From Dehalococcoidia bacterium (lineage in GTDB: Bacteria > Chloroflexota > Dehalococcoidia > Lucifugimonadales > UBA3495), in NCBI GenBank assembly GCA_965222895.1, contig CBDCVB010000001.1, positions 105,884 to 169,883 of the forward strand: a stretch of 64,000 nt of DNA, read 5' to 3'. The position numbers were made by a program, and so were the translations under genes. The notes under the pieces are model-generated. The model made no database searches and was not told the DNA's origin. It saw only the letters and a list, made by a program, of their open reading frames with translations. Of the stretch, positions 1 through 10,327 are shown in pieces. Each line of letters opens with the position of its first letter. The first letter of the stretch is position 1.

Positions 1-1
1 C

Positions 2-595
2 GGCCACGCCATTCCGGTGCCGGGCGATGTGTCCGACGAGGCCGCCGCCGAGGTGGTGGTCAAAAGCGCGGCTGAACAGCTGGGCCGCCTGGACATCCTG
101 GTCAACAACGCCGGCATCAACCGGGACCGGTTGCTGATGCGTATGTCCGTGTCCGACTGGGACGAAGTGCTGTCGGTAAATCTGAGGGGCACGTTCTTGC
201 CAACTCGGTTCGCGGTGCCGTTGATGGTGCGTCAGCGGTACGGAAGGATTGTCAACATTTCATCGGTGGTAGGGCTGTCGGGCAATCCCGGGCAAGCCAA
301 CTACGCAGCATCCAAGGCGGGGCAGATTGGCTTTGCCAAGGCAGTGGCCCGCGAGGTCGCCAGCCGGAACATCACCGTAAATGCGGTGGCTCCGGGTTTC
401 ATCGAGTTCGAGGATGCGGGCGGCATGACCGCCGACCTGACCGAGGAGCAACGACAACAGATTTTGACCCGAATCCCGGCGGGCCGGTTTGGGTCGGCCG
501 ACGACGTGGCGGCAGCGGTTGTATACCTGGTCAGCCCCGGCGCCAGCTACATCACGGGCCAGACTCTGACCATAGACGGCGGCCTGACCGCCTGA
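2..595 (+). CDS. fabG: 3-oxoacyl-ACP reductase (SDR), 5' end outside window
   Basis: NNAG, YAASK catalytic motif, GQANY, C-terminal YITGQTLxIDGG; the N-terminal TGxxxGIG is missing, so the gene is partial. Confidence 0.9.
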   Translation, partial: GHAIPVPGDVSDEAAAEVVVKSAAEQLGRLDILVNNAGINRDRLLMRMSVSDWDEVLSVNLRGTFLPTRFAVPLMVRQRYGRIVNISSVVGLSGNPGQANYAASKAGQIGFAKAVAREVASRNITVNAVAPGFIEFEDAGGMTADLTEEQRQQILTRIPAGRFGSADDVAAAVVYLVSPGASYITGQTLTIDGGLTA

Positions 596-674
596 ATGCC
601 ATGCGTCGTGACTCTGGCGGTAGTGTCGGACGTAGTTAGAGATTGACGCATCCTAATGAGCGGAGGAATTCGGA

Positions 675-1556
675 ATGCGAGCTACCACACGATTTCGCCA
701 ATTGCTGGCCGAGCCTGGCATCATCACGGCGCCGGGCGCTTACGACTGCCTCACTGCCGCCATCATTGAGAAGGCCGGATTCCCGGCAGTCTATATGACC
801 GGCGCCGGCACGTCGGTGGCGCGCATCGGCTACCCGGATCTGGCCTTGGCCACCGCCACCGAAATGCAGGCCAACGCCGCCGCCATCTCCGCAACGGTCA
901 ACGTTCCCGTCATTGCCGACGCCGACACCGGGTATGGCGGCACGATGAACGTGCGCCGCACCATCCGCGAGTACGAACGGACGGGCGTCGCCGCAATTCA
1001 TATCGAAGACCAGCAGTTCCCCAAACGGTGCGGCCATCTTGAGGACAAACGCGTCGTGTCCATCGACGAGATGGTGCAGAAGATTCGCGCCGCTGTTGAT
1101 GCCCGCACCGATGAAGATTTCACCATCATAGTGCGTACCGACGCCCTGGCGGTTACCGGTTGGGACGATACCCGGCGCCGTTGCGAGGCATTTACCGCGG
1201 CCGGCGCTGATGCCCTGTTCGTGGAAGCCTTGCGCTCCCCTGAAGAGGCCGCCGACATTGTGGCCGAAACTTCGGTGCCATTGCTGTACAACTTCGTTGA
1301 AACCGGCAAGTCCCCGCTGCTGAATGTAGCTGAACTGGAACGCATTGGATTCAAAATGGTTATATTCCCCGGCAGCGCGTTCATGGCAGTTGCACACACC
1401 GTTGCTCGGGTGATGGCAGAATTAAAGGCCACCGGGACGACGGAGCATCTGGTCGGCGAAATGACCACGCTGACTGACGCCTTTGAGTTGATGGGTCTTA
1501 CGGAGATGTTGGAACGCGATGCCGGTTATGCGGCAACGGCCAGCGCCGCCGATTAA
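675..1556 (+). CDS. Isocitrate lyase/PEP mutase family (PrpB-like) enzyme
   Basis: DADTGYG, HIEDQ, KRCGH, RTDA motifs; GGAGG RBS. Confidence 0.88.
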   Translation: MRATTRFRQLLAEPGIITAPGAYDCLTAAIIEKAGFPAVYMTGAGTSVARIGYPDLALATATEMQANAAAISATVNVPVIADADTGYGGTMNVRRTIREYERTGVAAIHIEDQQFPKRCGHLEDKRVVSIDEMVQKIRAAVDARTDEDFTIIVRTDALAVTGWDDTRRRCEAFTAAGADALFVEALRSPEEAADIVAETSVPLLYNFVETGKSPLLNVAELERIGFKMVIFPGSAFMAVAHTVARVMAELKATGTTEHLVGEMTTLTDAFELMGLTEMLERDAGYAATASAAD

Positions 1557-2776
1557 TGAGCAACGACAACTTTTCCCGCCGCCTGAACGCCGAGATTAGC
1601 CAATGGGAAACCGACGGGCTGATTGCGACGGAACAGGCCGCCGCCATCCGCGAGCGTTACGAAGTCCCCGGTTCTGCGAGGAGCGGCGCAATTAGCAACC
1701 GGGTGGTCAGCGTTCTCGCCATTATGGGGGCGGCGTTGATTGGGCTGGGTATTATCGCTTTTATCGCGGCGAACTGGTCTGGGATTTCGACGCTGGCCAG
1801 GCTGGCCTTGATGGTGGTGGGCACTCCGGCTATCTATATTGCGGGGTGGATGCTGGCGTATCGGTTCGGCTACGCCCGCATTGGAACCGCCGTCATTCTG
1901 GTGGGGGCAATCGCATTCGGCGCCTCCATTCACTTGATCGCGCAGACCTATCACGTGCCCGTGCATCACCCCAATCTGGTGGGCGTGTGGTTCTTGGGCG
2001 TGCTGCCGCTCGTTTACGTCACCCGCTCCAGGTCGGTGGCGGGACTAATGCTGATCCTGTTTCTCGCCGGCGCCGGATTCCGCGCGCAGGAATGGTTCAC
2101 GGAATTTGATGACAGCGCTCTATTTTTGATGCCGCCGGTCTACCTGGCCTTTGCGGCCGGGCTATTCGGATTGGGCAGATTGCAAAGCCGTTATGAGTAC
2201 ACCCAGCCGTTGGCAAGGATGTTCGAGGGCGCCGGGCTTTTGGTGGCAGGTGTGTCACTGTACGTTTTGAGTTTCCACATATTGTGGGAGAACGTCGGCC
2301 AACCCTCCGACGTGTCGCTCCGTGCGGAGTATTGGGTCGTGATGGTGGCAGCCGGCATTATCGCCGCCGGTTCTACGCTTGGTGGGGTGTTCCGAGACCG
2401 TGGCCGGGGGCGTGAATTGTTATGCTGGGAATTGTCATTTGTCATCGCCGCGGCCGGCGCCGTCGGGGCAACCCTGGCCGGCCTGGCGTTTGCGCTGGAA
2501 TGGATGTGGTGGGTGTTAAATGTGGTGATGCTGGCGGGAGTGGTTGGCATGGTTGCCGCCGGCTACCGGCTGTTGCAGGCGTATCTCATCAACTGCGCGG
2601 TGGCAATCTTCGCCATCACGCTGTTCACTCGATACTTTGAGTTTGGATTTGGTTTATTGGGGCAATCTTTGGCGTTCATCGTCACGGGTGTTCTGCTGTT
2701 GGCGGTGGGGTTTGGGCTGGAATTGCTGCGGCGGCGTGTGGTGCAGCGAATGCAGTTGCAGGAGCCCAGGCAATGA
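1556..2776 (+). CDS. DUF2157 family membrane protein
   Basis: N-terminal W-x2-GLI-x3-QA-x2-I, FIAANW, LIAQTYH; many TM segments; paired with a GDYXXLXY gene. Confidence 0.82.
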   Translation: MSNDNFSRRLNAEISQWETDGLIATEQAAAIRERYEVPGSARSGAISNRVVSVLAIMGAALIGLGIIAFIAANWSGISTLARLALMVVGTPAIYIAGWMLAYRFGYARIGTAVILVGAIAFGASIHLIAQTYHVPVHHPNLVGVWFLGVLPLVYVTRSRSVAGLMLILFLAGAGFRAQEWFTEFDDSALFLMPPVYLAFAAGLFGLGRLQSRYEYTQPLARMFEGAGLLVAGVSLYVLSFHILWENVGQPSDVSLRAEYWVVMVAAGIIAAGSTLGGVFRDRGRGRELLCWELSFVIAAAGAVGATLAGLAFALEWMWWVLNVVMLAGVVGMVAAGYRLLQAYLINCAVAIFAITLFTRYFEFGFGLLGQSLAFIVTGVLLLAVGFGLELLRRRVVQRMQLQEPRQ

Positions 2777-3273
2777 ACCGACTGGTTGCCATCTTATTCT
2801 TCGCGGTGGTGGCCGCGCAGGTAGTGGGACTGCTGGCCTTCGCCGGAGTACGGGAGGCCAGTCTGCTCGGGCGGGAGGTGGTGTTGCAGACGATGCCGGT
2901 TGACCCCCGGTCGTTATTGCAGGGGGACTATGCGATTCTTGGCTATGAAATAGGGCAAGTTCCGCGATGGGTGCAGCAGCAGAGTCCGGGCACCGTGGTT
3001 TACGTGGTGTTGGAAGATGATGGGCCGGTTTGGAACGCCGTTAACTACATCACCGACGAGCCGCCCAGTTCTGGGGTGTACATCAGGGGGGAGATCAATC
3101 ACCAGCGGCAACTGGATTTTGGAATTGGCACCTATTTTGTGCCGGAAGGGACGGGTCGCCGGATTGAACTGGCCAGAGATGTGAAGGTGGTGGTGTCGTT
3201 GGACCGGAATGGGCGGGCGGTTATCAAGCAGGTGATGGTGGATGGGGCGCCTTTCAATCCTGACGGGCAATAG
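2773..3273 (+). CDS. GDYXXLXY domain protein
   Basis: PVDPRSLLQGDYAILGY and FGIxxYFVPEG; ATGA overlap with upstream gene. Confidence 0.9.
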   Translation: MNRLVAILFFAVVAAQVVGLLAFAGVREASLLGREVVLQTMPVDPRSLLQGDYAILGYEIGQVPRWVQQQSPGTVVYVVLEDDGPVWNAVNYITDEPPSSGVYIRGEINHQRQLDFGIGTYFVPEGTGRRIELARDVKVVVSLDRNGRAVIKQVMVDGAPFNPDGQ

Positions 3274-3291
3274 GTTGCCCCCACGCTACAC

Positions 3292-4026
3292 CTACATACG
3301 CCGGGAAAGGCAAGCGGGACAATAGCAGTTCGCACGGTCAGTGCCGAGATGCACTAGTCCGTGGATTCTGCCTCCATCTTGGTCAAAGTGAGACATTAGT
3401 ACGTCGAATGCCCTAGCATCGCTCCTTTCATACCGCCGAAATATGGCATTTGATACGAAATCGGCCAATTGCAAGAGGCGTGTACTGCCCGCCGGAGCAA
3501 AATATGGTATGTCGGCTAAATTGTGAGTTTCGCCCCACCGATGTCCCTGTTCAGCAATCTCGCGTGCCAGTAGCTCGATATTCTCCCGATAGCTCGATTC
3601 TGCAATCACTATCAGGCCACGCTGCTGGTTATTCTGGGAGAAAAATCGAGCAAGCATCTGGTCAAATCGGCTTACTATCTCTTCAAACCCTCGCTCATAT
3701 TGATTGCTCGTAACGACTGTCTTATCAATTACAACCCCGAACAGGCGGCTCCGGGATTCTGCGATAATTGGATAGACCTCGCGCAACAGTTCGATACGCT
3801 GCTCCGCGGACAGTTCGTCAAATGGCGATTCAACGTCCCCATCAGGGGCGCCCAAGGCAGATGCGTGGAGGTTGATTGGCCTCCTCTGACCAGGGAAGTA
3901 CTTCCCTTGCAGACGGTCCATTTCTTGAGCTAAGAAGTACGTTTCACGCTCAAAAACGGCAAGGCCGGCCAAAACAAAATTGCGTGAATCGTGCGTGCCC
4001 GACTCGTCCAGATATATGATGTACAT
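3292..4026 (-). CDS. DUF3800 domain protein (RNase H-like fold)
   Basis: Starts MYIIYLDESG; LQLADFVS motif; C-terminal CxCxxC; start moved to the ATG at 4026. Confidence 0.85.
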   Translation of the reverse strand: MYIIYLDESGTHDSRNFVLAGLAVFERETYFLAQEMDRLQGKYFPGQRRPINLHASALGAPDGDVESPFDELSAEQRIELLREVYPIIAESRSRLFGVVIDKTVVTSNQYERGFEEIVSRFDQMLARFFSQNNQQRGLIVIAESSYRENIELLAREIAEQGHRWGETHNLADIPYFAPAGSTRLLQLADFVSNAIFRRYERSDARAFDVLMSHFDQDGGRIHGLVHLGTDRANCYCPACLSRRM

Positions 4027-4029
4027 AAA

Positions 4030-4093
4030 CAAAGAGGCCGACTGGGCGGAACGCCCAACGGACCAACTAGCAGAGGCCCTGTCGACCACTTTG
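4030..4093 (-). ncRNA. Candidate structured RNA (three-way junction) upstream of the DUF3800 gene
   Basis: Minus strand GGUCGAC/GUCGGCC stem encloses hairpins GGGCC-N10-GGUCC and UGGGCG-UUC-CGCCCA; G-U pairs form only on the minus strand; followed by UCUUUGUUU. Confidence 0.68.
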
Positions 4094-4122
4094 ATAGTAG
4101 CGCAATACCTAATCTCTGTCAA
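4094..4122 (-). promoter_or_regulatory. sigma70-type promoter for the RNA/DUF3800 unit
   Basis: TTGACA (4122-4117), 17 bp spacer, TACTAT (4099-4094). Confidence 0.8.
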
Positions 4123-4200
4123 TTTGGGCATAACGACACGACATTACATTTCAGACTCTACCAACAATCCATTGCCTACGCTACACTGCGCGGTAATCGC

Positions 4201-4333
4201 CAGGACGATTGCAAAGTCCTTGAAAATCGGTCGGTGGTGAGCCTGTCGAACCATGAGCGGATTCTGAACACTCGTCCTTCCACAGGCTCAGCACTAACCG
4301 CCCGTGTGCTTGGAAGACTTTGCAATCGTCCTG
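4201..4333. mobile_element. MITE-like palindromic element with internal REP-like hairpin
   Basis: Perfect terminal IR CAGGACGATTGCAAAGTC; inner TGAGCCTGTCGAA/TTCCACAGGCTCA; GTAATCGC direct repeat at 4193-4200 and 4334-4341. Confidence 0.7.
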
Positions 4334-4358
4334 GTAATCGCAATGGAAGGTGAGCCTG

Positions 4359-4880
4359 ATGCCGAATGTAGTGCTGGTGGTCGATATGGTGCGCGGATTC
4401 CTGGAACCGTGGCACAACCTGTATTGCGGCGATGATGCTCGATCCATCATTGACCCGGTGCGTAGCCTGCTGCGCCGGGAACGCGATGCCGGATCTGCGA
4501 TTCTGTTCGTGTCGGACCACCATGACCCGGACGACTTGGAGTTTCAGATGTTTCCCGTCCACTGCGTCAAGGGCACCGAGGAACCCGACGTGATCCCGGA
4601 GCTGACCGAATGGGTCACTCCCGAAAACGTGATTCCCAAGAACCGTTACAGTGGGTTTTTCAATACCGACCTGGATGATCGACTCGCTGCGCTGACGCCC
4701 GACCGCATCGTCGTGTGTGGCGTGTGTACCGATATCTGTGTGATGCACACTACATCTGATGCCCGCAATCGGGACTATGCGGTGGAAATTCCCGCCGATT
4801 GCGTAGCATCATTCGATGCTGACGCCCACACTTGGGCCTTGCAGCACATCAGCACGATTTTGGGTGCCCGGGTCGTATGA
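4359..4880 (+). CDS. pncA: Cysteine hydrolase (nicotinamidase/isochorismatase family)
   Basis: VVDMVRGF, DHH, FPVHC, KNRYSGF, GVCTDICV. Confidence 0.8.
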   Translation: MPNVVLVVDMVRGFLEPWHNLYCGDDARSIIDPVRSLLRRERDAGSAILFVSDHHDPDDLEFQMFPVHCVKGTEEPDVIPELTEWVTPENVIPKNRYSGFFNTDLDDRLAALTPDRIVVCGVCTDICVMHTTSDARNRDYAVEIPADCVASFDADAHTWALQHISTILGARVV

Positions 4881-5004
4881 GTTTGCCCTTCGATTAGTTT
4901 TCAGTCGAATCCCCGGCGCCTGTGTTATCATCGCCGGAATAGTCAGGAAACTCGGCTCCGATGATTGGAACCGTTCCCCGCGCCGTCCAGGCCGGAGGTC
5001 GCCA

Positions 5005-7035
5005 ATGCTGTACCAGCGCTACCGTTATTCCCAATGGGATGGAACCCAGCAGATATTTGACATCGACGCCAGCGAATTAATGGATGCGCTCTCCGATGAT
5101 TTGCTGCAGCAGGGCGACGTGATGCGCGCGCTGCGTGAGTTGTTCCGCAACGGGATGCAGAACCGGGATGGTTCGGAGATGCCGAACTTGCGGCAGTTGA
5201 TGGAGCAGCTCAAAAATCAGCGTCGTCAGCAGTTGCAGCAAAGCAACCTCGACTCCGTGGTGGACGACCTGAAGGAACGACTGGAAAACATCCTGAAAAC
5301 GGAACGGGAGGGCATCGAGCAGCGCCTGGAAGATGCGGCCAATCAACCTGAGCCGGAAGACGCCGCCGGCAAAGAGCAGCATCGCTCGTTAAACCAACTC
5401 CTGCGACAGCGGGCGGAGCGCAATCTGGACCGTTTGGACGAACTGCCAGGCGACATTGGTGGCCAGATTCAAGGTTTGATGGACTACGATTTTATGGACC
5501 CGGACGCGCAGCAGCAGTTCCAGGAGCTGCTGGATATGCTGAAGAGTCAGATGGCCCAGAATATTTCTGATCAGATGCGCGACCAGATGCAGAACATGAC
5601 ACCCGAGCAGATGGAGGCCATGCGTCAAATGATGCAGGACCTGAACCAGATGCTGCGGGACCGGATGGAAGGCCGCGACCCGGACTTTGACGGGTTTATG
5701 CAGAAATGGGGCCAGATGTTTGGCGACAATCCGCCCCAGAGTCTGGACGAATTGTTGGAACAGATGCAGCAGCAAATGTCCCAGATGCAATCGCTCATGG
5801 ATAGTTTATCTGACGGCGCGCGCCGGGAACTGGAGGACGCCCTGCAATCTGCTATGGACCCCCGGTTGTCCGACGAAATGTCGGAGTTTGCCAGCTTGAT
5901 GCAGTCGCTGCTGCCCCCGGGCGATTTATCGCGCGAGTATCCGTTCCTGGGCGACGACAGTATGACTCTGGAGCAGGCAATGGACGCCATGCGCCAGATG
6001 CAGTCGTTGGATCAGCTGGAACAGTCATTGCAGCAGGCGATGCGCACCGGCAACCTGGACGATGTTGACCCGGACCAACTGGCGGAGCTCCTGGGAGAAG
6101 AGGCGCGCCGGGCGTGGGAGGAGCTGGATCGGCTGCGCCAACTGCTCAAGGACGCCGGGTATGTCACTGGCGATGACGAGCTGAAACTAACGGCGCGCGG
6201 CATACGGCGCATTGGGCAAAAGGCCATGCGTGAAGTCTTCCAGCAACTGAAGAAAGACCGAACCGGCAACCATGACCTGAATACCCGTGGCGCCGGCGGC
6301 GATGTGCTGGGCGACACTAAAACCTACGAGTTCGGCGACCCGTTGCAACTTGACCTACAGACCACGGTAAAAAACGCCATCGTGCGGAACGGCCCATCGG
6401 TTCCGGTGAGCCTTCGCCCGGACGATTTTGAGATTTACCGGAACGAACACATGACGCGGGCCGCCACTATCGTACTACTGGATCAGAGCCGCTCCATGGG
6501 GTTGTTCAACAACTGGCCGGCGGCCAAAAAAGTGACCTTGGCCCTATTTGCCCTCATCCGCCAGCAGTACCCACGCGACACCCTGCACGTCGTCGGTTTC
6601 TCCGACTACGCGCGCGAACTGCGGGAAGAAGACCTGGCCGGGCTAACCTGGAACAATTGGGTGTCGGGTACGAATCTGCATCACGCGTTGATGCTCTCTC
6701 GAAAGCTGCTGTCCCGGGAGAAGGGCGGGACCCGTCAGATTATGGTGATTACCGATGGGGAACCGACGGCGCACCTGGAGGGGGAGCAGTCGTATTTCTC
6801 CTACCCTCCGAGTTACCGCACCGAGATGGAGACGCTGAAGGAAGTGCGACGGTGCACCCAGGAAGGCATCGTCATCAACACTTTCATGCTTGAGAACAGC
6901 TACCAGCTGGTCAATTTTGTCGACCGAATGACGCGCATCAACCGGGGTCGGGCATTTTACAGCAGCAGCGAAAACCTGGGTGAATATATGCTGGTGGATT
7001 ACATAACGAACCGGCGCAAGCGGGTAACCGGATAA
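5005..7035 (+). CDS. VWA domain protein with long Q/M-rich helical N-region
   Basis: MIDAS DQSRSM, ITDGEPTAH; N-terminal YRYSQWDG; GGAGG at 4994 supports ATG 5005. Confidence 0.85.
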   Translation: MLYQRYRYSQWDGTQQIFDIDASELMDALSDDLLQQGDVMRALRELFRNGMQNRDGSEMPNLRQLMEQLKNQRRQQLQQSNLDSVVDDLKERLENILKTEREGIEQRLEDAANQPEPEDAAGKEQHRSLNQLLRQRAERNLDRLDELPGDIGGQIQGLMDYDFMDPDAQQQFQELLDMLKSQMAQNISDQMRDQMQNMTPEQMEAMRQMMQDLNQMLRDRMEGRDPDFDGFMQKWGQMFGDNPPQSLDELLEQMQQQMSQMQSLMDSLSDGARRELEDALQSAMDPRLSDEMSEFASLMQSLLPPGDLSREYPFLGDDSMTLEQAMDAMRQMQSLDQLEQSLQQAMRTGNLDDVDPDQLAELLGEEARRAWEELDRLRQLLKDAGYVTGDDELKLTARGIRRIGQKAMREVFQQLKKDRTGNHDLNTRGAGGDVLGDTKTYEFGDPLQLDLQTTVKNAIVRNGPSVPVSLRPDDFEIYRNEHMTRAATIVLLDQSRSMGLFNNWPAAKKVTLALFALIRQQYPRDTLHVVGFSDYARELREEDLAGLTWNNWVSGTNLHHALMLSRKLLSREKGGTRQIMVITDGEPTAHLEGEQSYFSYPPSYRTEMETLKEVRRCTQEGIVINTFMLENSYQLVNFVDRMTRINRGRAFYSSSENLGEYMLVDYITNRRKRVTG

Positions 7036-7159
7036 CCGCTTTTACGTATTCCAGTATCTGGGTTACGAAATCGGCTGGGTAACTGTTTTCACTCTGGCGA
7101 ATATCTGGTAAAATCTCGGCCAGAATATCAACGCTCTCACATCAGCGAGTGTAGTCGAG

Positions 7160-7190
7160 CTTTTAAGGCAGTCCTGTGAGGCTGGCAAAG
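7160..7190 (+). promoter_or_regulatory. PyrR-binding RNA element (pyr attenuator)
   Basis: CTTTTAAGGCAGTCCTGTGAGGCTGGCAAAG matches the CUUUAA...AGUCCnGnGAGGCU consensus; directly upstream of pyrR; extended -10 TGGTAAAAT at 7106-7114. Confidence 0.85.
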
Positions 7191-7202
7191 CGTGAGCACT
7201 GA

Positions 7203-7909
<707 letters not shown>

Positions 7910-7910
<1 letters not shown>

Positions 7911-8947
7911 TGGCGTCAGTAACCACGACCAGATCCGACGCACTGGCGCATACGTCAGGGGAAACACCGCTGCGGCGCCACGTTCTGGATCTGGACGACT
8001 TTACTGCTGGCGAGATCGTCGGGGTGTTGAACAATGCGGACGCGATGCTAGAAGTGCTGAATCGCGACATCAAGAAGGTGCCAACACTCCGGGGCCGGGT
8101 GATTGTTACGCTGTTTTACGAAGCCAGCACCCGCACCCGCATTTCCTTCGAAGAAGCTGGCAAAATCCTCAGCGCTGATGTTATCAATATGAACGCCACC
8201 GCCAGCAGCGTGGAGAAGGGCGAGTCGCTGTTGAACACCGGCCTGACGTTGCAGGCTATGGGCGTCGATACGATTGTCGTCAGGCATCCCCATTCGGGAG
8301 CGCCGCACTTCCTGGCGCGCAACCTCCCCAAAGTATCCGTCATTAACGCCGGCGATGGCACCCATGCTCACCCTACCCAGGCTTTGCTGGATTTGTACAC
8401 CGCGCGTAGGCACATCGGCGAGCTGTCCGGTTGCAAGGTTGTCATCGTGGGCGATGTTTTGCATAGTCGGGTGGCCCGGTCTGCCGTGTGGGGCTTCGCC
8501 AGGATGGGAGCGAGCGTCATACTGTCGGGCCCGCCAACTCTGATGCCCGAACCGTTTGCTGCAACCGGGTGGGGAGACGACGCCAACCGCAGTGGTCACG
8601 TTGGCCCACTGGCAGCGGTGCGAGTGCAGCCAGACCTTGACCAAGCCGTTGCAGGCGCTGACCTGGTGATGGCGCTGCGGTTGCAGCTGGAACGGCAGCA
8701 ACTGGGTTTCTTCCCCAGTATGCGGGAATACATCCGCCGCTGGCAGGTCAACGAGAGCCGAATGGCGCGGGCCAACCCCGGCGCCCTGCTAATGCACCCG
8801 GGCCCCATGAACGAGGGTATCGAAGTGGGGACTGCACTAGCTCACGGTGAAAGGTCTTTGATCGAAGAACAGGTTACCAACGGTGTGGCCATTCGCATGG
8901 CGTTGCTATACCAGTTGGCCGGGGCGTCGGCGACTGCCGTCAACTGA
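7910..8947 (+). CDS. pyrB: Aspartate carbamoyltransferase catalytic subunit
   Basis: FYEASTRT, HPTQALLD, HPGP. Confidence 0.95.
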
Positions 8948-8950
8948 ATA

Positions 8951-10327
8951 ATGCCGGCCAACGATTTCACTATGCCGCTCCTCATCACCGGGGGCCGGGT
9001 AATTGACCCGGCCAGCGGGTTCGATGCCACCGCGGATGTGCTGATTGCAGAGGGATTGATCGCGGCCGTCGGCCCGGGGATCGCCGGCGAAACGCCGGGC
9101 CACGACCGGCGCGTCATTTCCGCGGATGGTTTGGTGGTATGCCCGGGATTCATTGACGTGCACACCCATCTGCGCGAACCCGGCTTTGAATACAAGGAAA
9201 CTATCGCCACGGGGGCGACTGCGGCGGCTCGTGGTGGCTTCACCACCCTGTGTGCGATGCCCAATACCGACCCTCCGATTGATAATGCCGCCATGGTGGA
9301 TTTCGTGCATCGCCGCGCCGACGCTGCACCGGTCCGCGTACACGTCATTGGCTGCGTGACCCGGGGCCGGACCGGACACGAACTGGCTGACATGGAAGAG
9401 CTGGCTTCGGCGGGTTGCGTTGCGTTTAGCGATGACGGCGATCCGGTTTTCGATGCCGCCCTGATGCGCCTGGCGCTCACCTACAGCCGTGATTTGGGTG
9501 TTCCCATCAGCAACCACTGCCAGGACTATTCGCTCTGTGCTGGTGGAGTAATGGCAGAAGGATGGGTCAGCAGTCGGCTTGGCCTGGCCGGTATTCCGGC
9601 GGTCGCGGAGGAGGCAATGGTGGCGCGGGATATTGCGCTAGCCGAACTAACCGGCGGGCGTCTGCATCTGGCGCACCTGAGCTCGGCCGGGAGCGTGGCG
9701 CTGGTGCGTGATGCCAAAGCGCGTGGCGTCAAACTCACTGCCGAAGTCTGTCCCCACCATCTGATGCTGACCGACGCCTGGGCTTTGGGCGGCAAGGGAG
9801 ACCCGTCCGCCACCGGGTCGCGCGCTTACGACACGATGACCAAGGTGTATCCTCCACTCCGGACCGACGACGATGTGGTCGCCTGCATAGCCGGGTTGGC
9901 CGACGGCGCCATCGACTGCGTTGCCACCGACCACGCGCCTCACGAACGAGCCAGCAAGGAATGTACGTATCACGACGCCGCGTTCGGCATCAGCGTCCTG
10001 GAAACGGCGCTGGGCACGCTGCTGAAACCCGTGCACGGCGGCGCCATCGACCTGCCCACCATGGTCGAACGACTTACCGTCGGGCCGGCGCGTGTGCTTG
10101 GTGGAGCTTTCGCTCCGTTCGCCACACTGGCAGTCGGAACCCCGGCTGACGTGGTGATTTTTAATCCGGACGCTGCCTGGACGGTCGATGTGAACAAGTT
10201 CGCATCGCTGGGGCGCAACACACCCTTGGACGGAGTTGAACTGCGGGGTCGGATTGCCGCTACGGTGGTTGGCGGTCGGGTCGTTTTCGAGGAACCGACA
10301 TTGATCAGCGCAGGGGGTGAGCAGTGA
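8951..10327 (+). CDS. pyrC: Dihydroorotase
   Basis: DVHTHLREPG, MPNT, ATDHAPH; operon context. Confidence 0.93.
   Translation: MPANDFTMPLLITGGRVIDPASGFDATADVLIAEGLIAAVGPGIAGETPGHDRRVISADGLVVCPGFIDVHTHLREPGFEYKETIATGATAAARGGFTTLCAMPNTDPPIDNAAMVDFVHRRADAAPVRVHVIGCVTRGRTGHELADMEELASAGCVAFSDDGDPVFDAALMRLALTYSRDLGVPISNHCQDYSLCAGGVMAEGWVSSRLGLAGIPAVAEEAMVARDIALAELTGGRLHLAHLSSAGSVALVRDAKARGVKLTAEVCPHHLMLTDAWALGGKGDPSATGSRAYDTMTKVYPPLRTDDDVVACIAGLADGAIDCVATDHAPHERASKECTYHDAAFGISVLETALGTLLKPVHGGAIDLPTMVERLTVGPARVLGGAFAPFATLAVGTPADVVIFNPDAAWTVDVNKFASLGRNTPLDGVELRGRIAATVVGGRVVFEEPTLISAGGEQ

Noticed and set aside
4030-4093. Canonical tRNA gene
   Set aside because: No D-arm, no 7-nt TTCRA loop, no CCA end after the acceptor-like stem; kept only as a tRNA-like candidate RNA.
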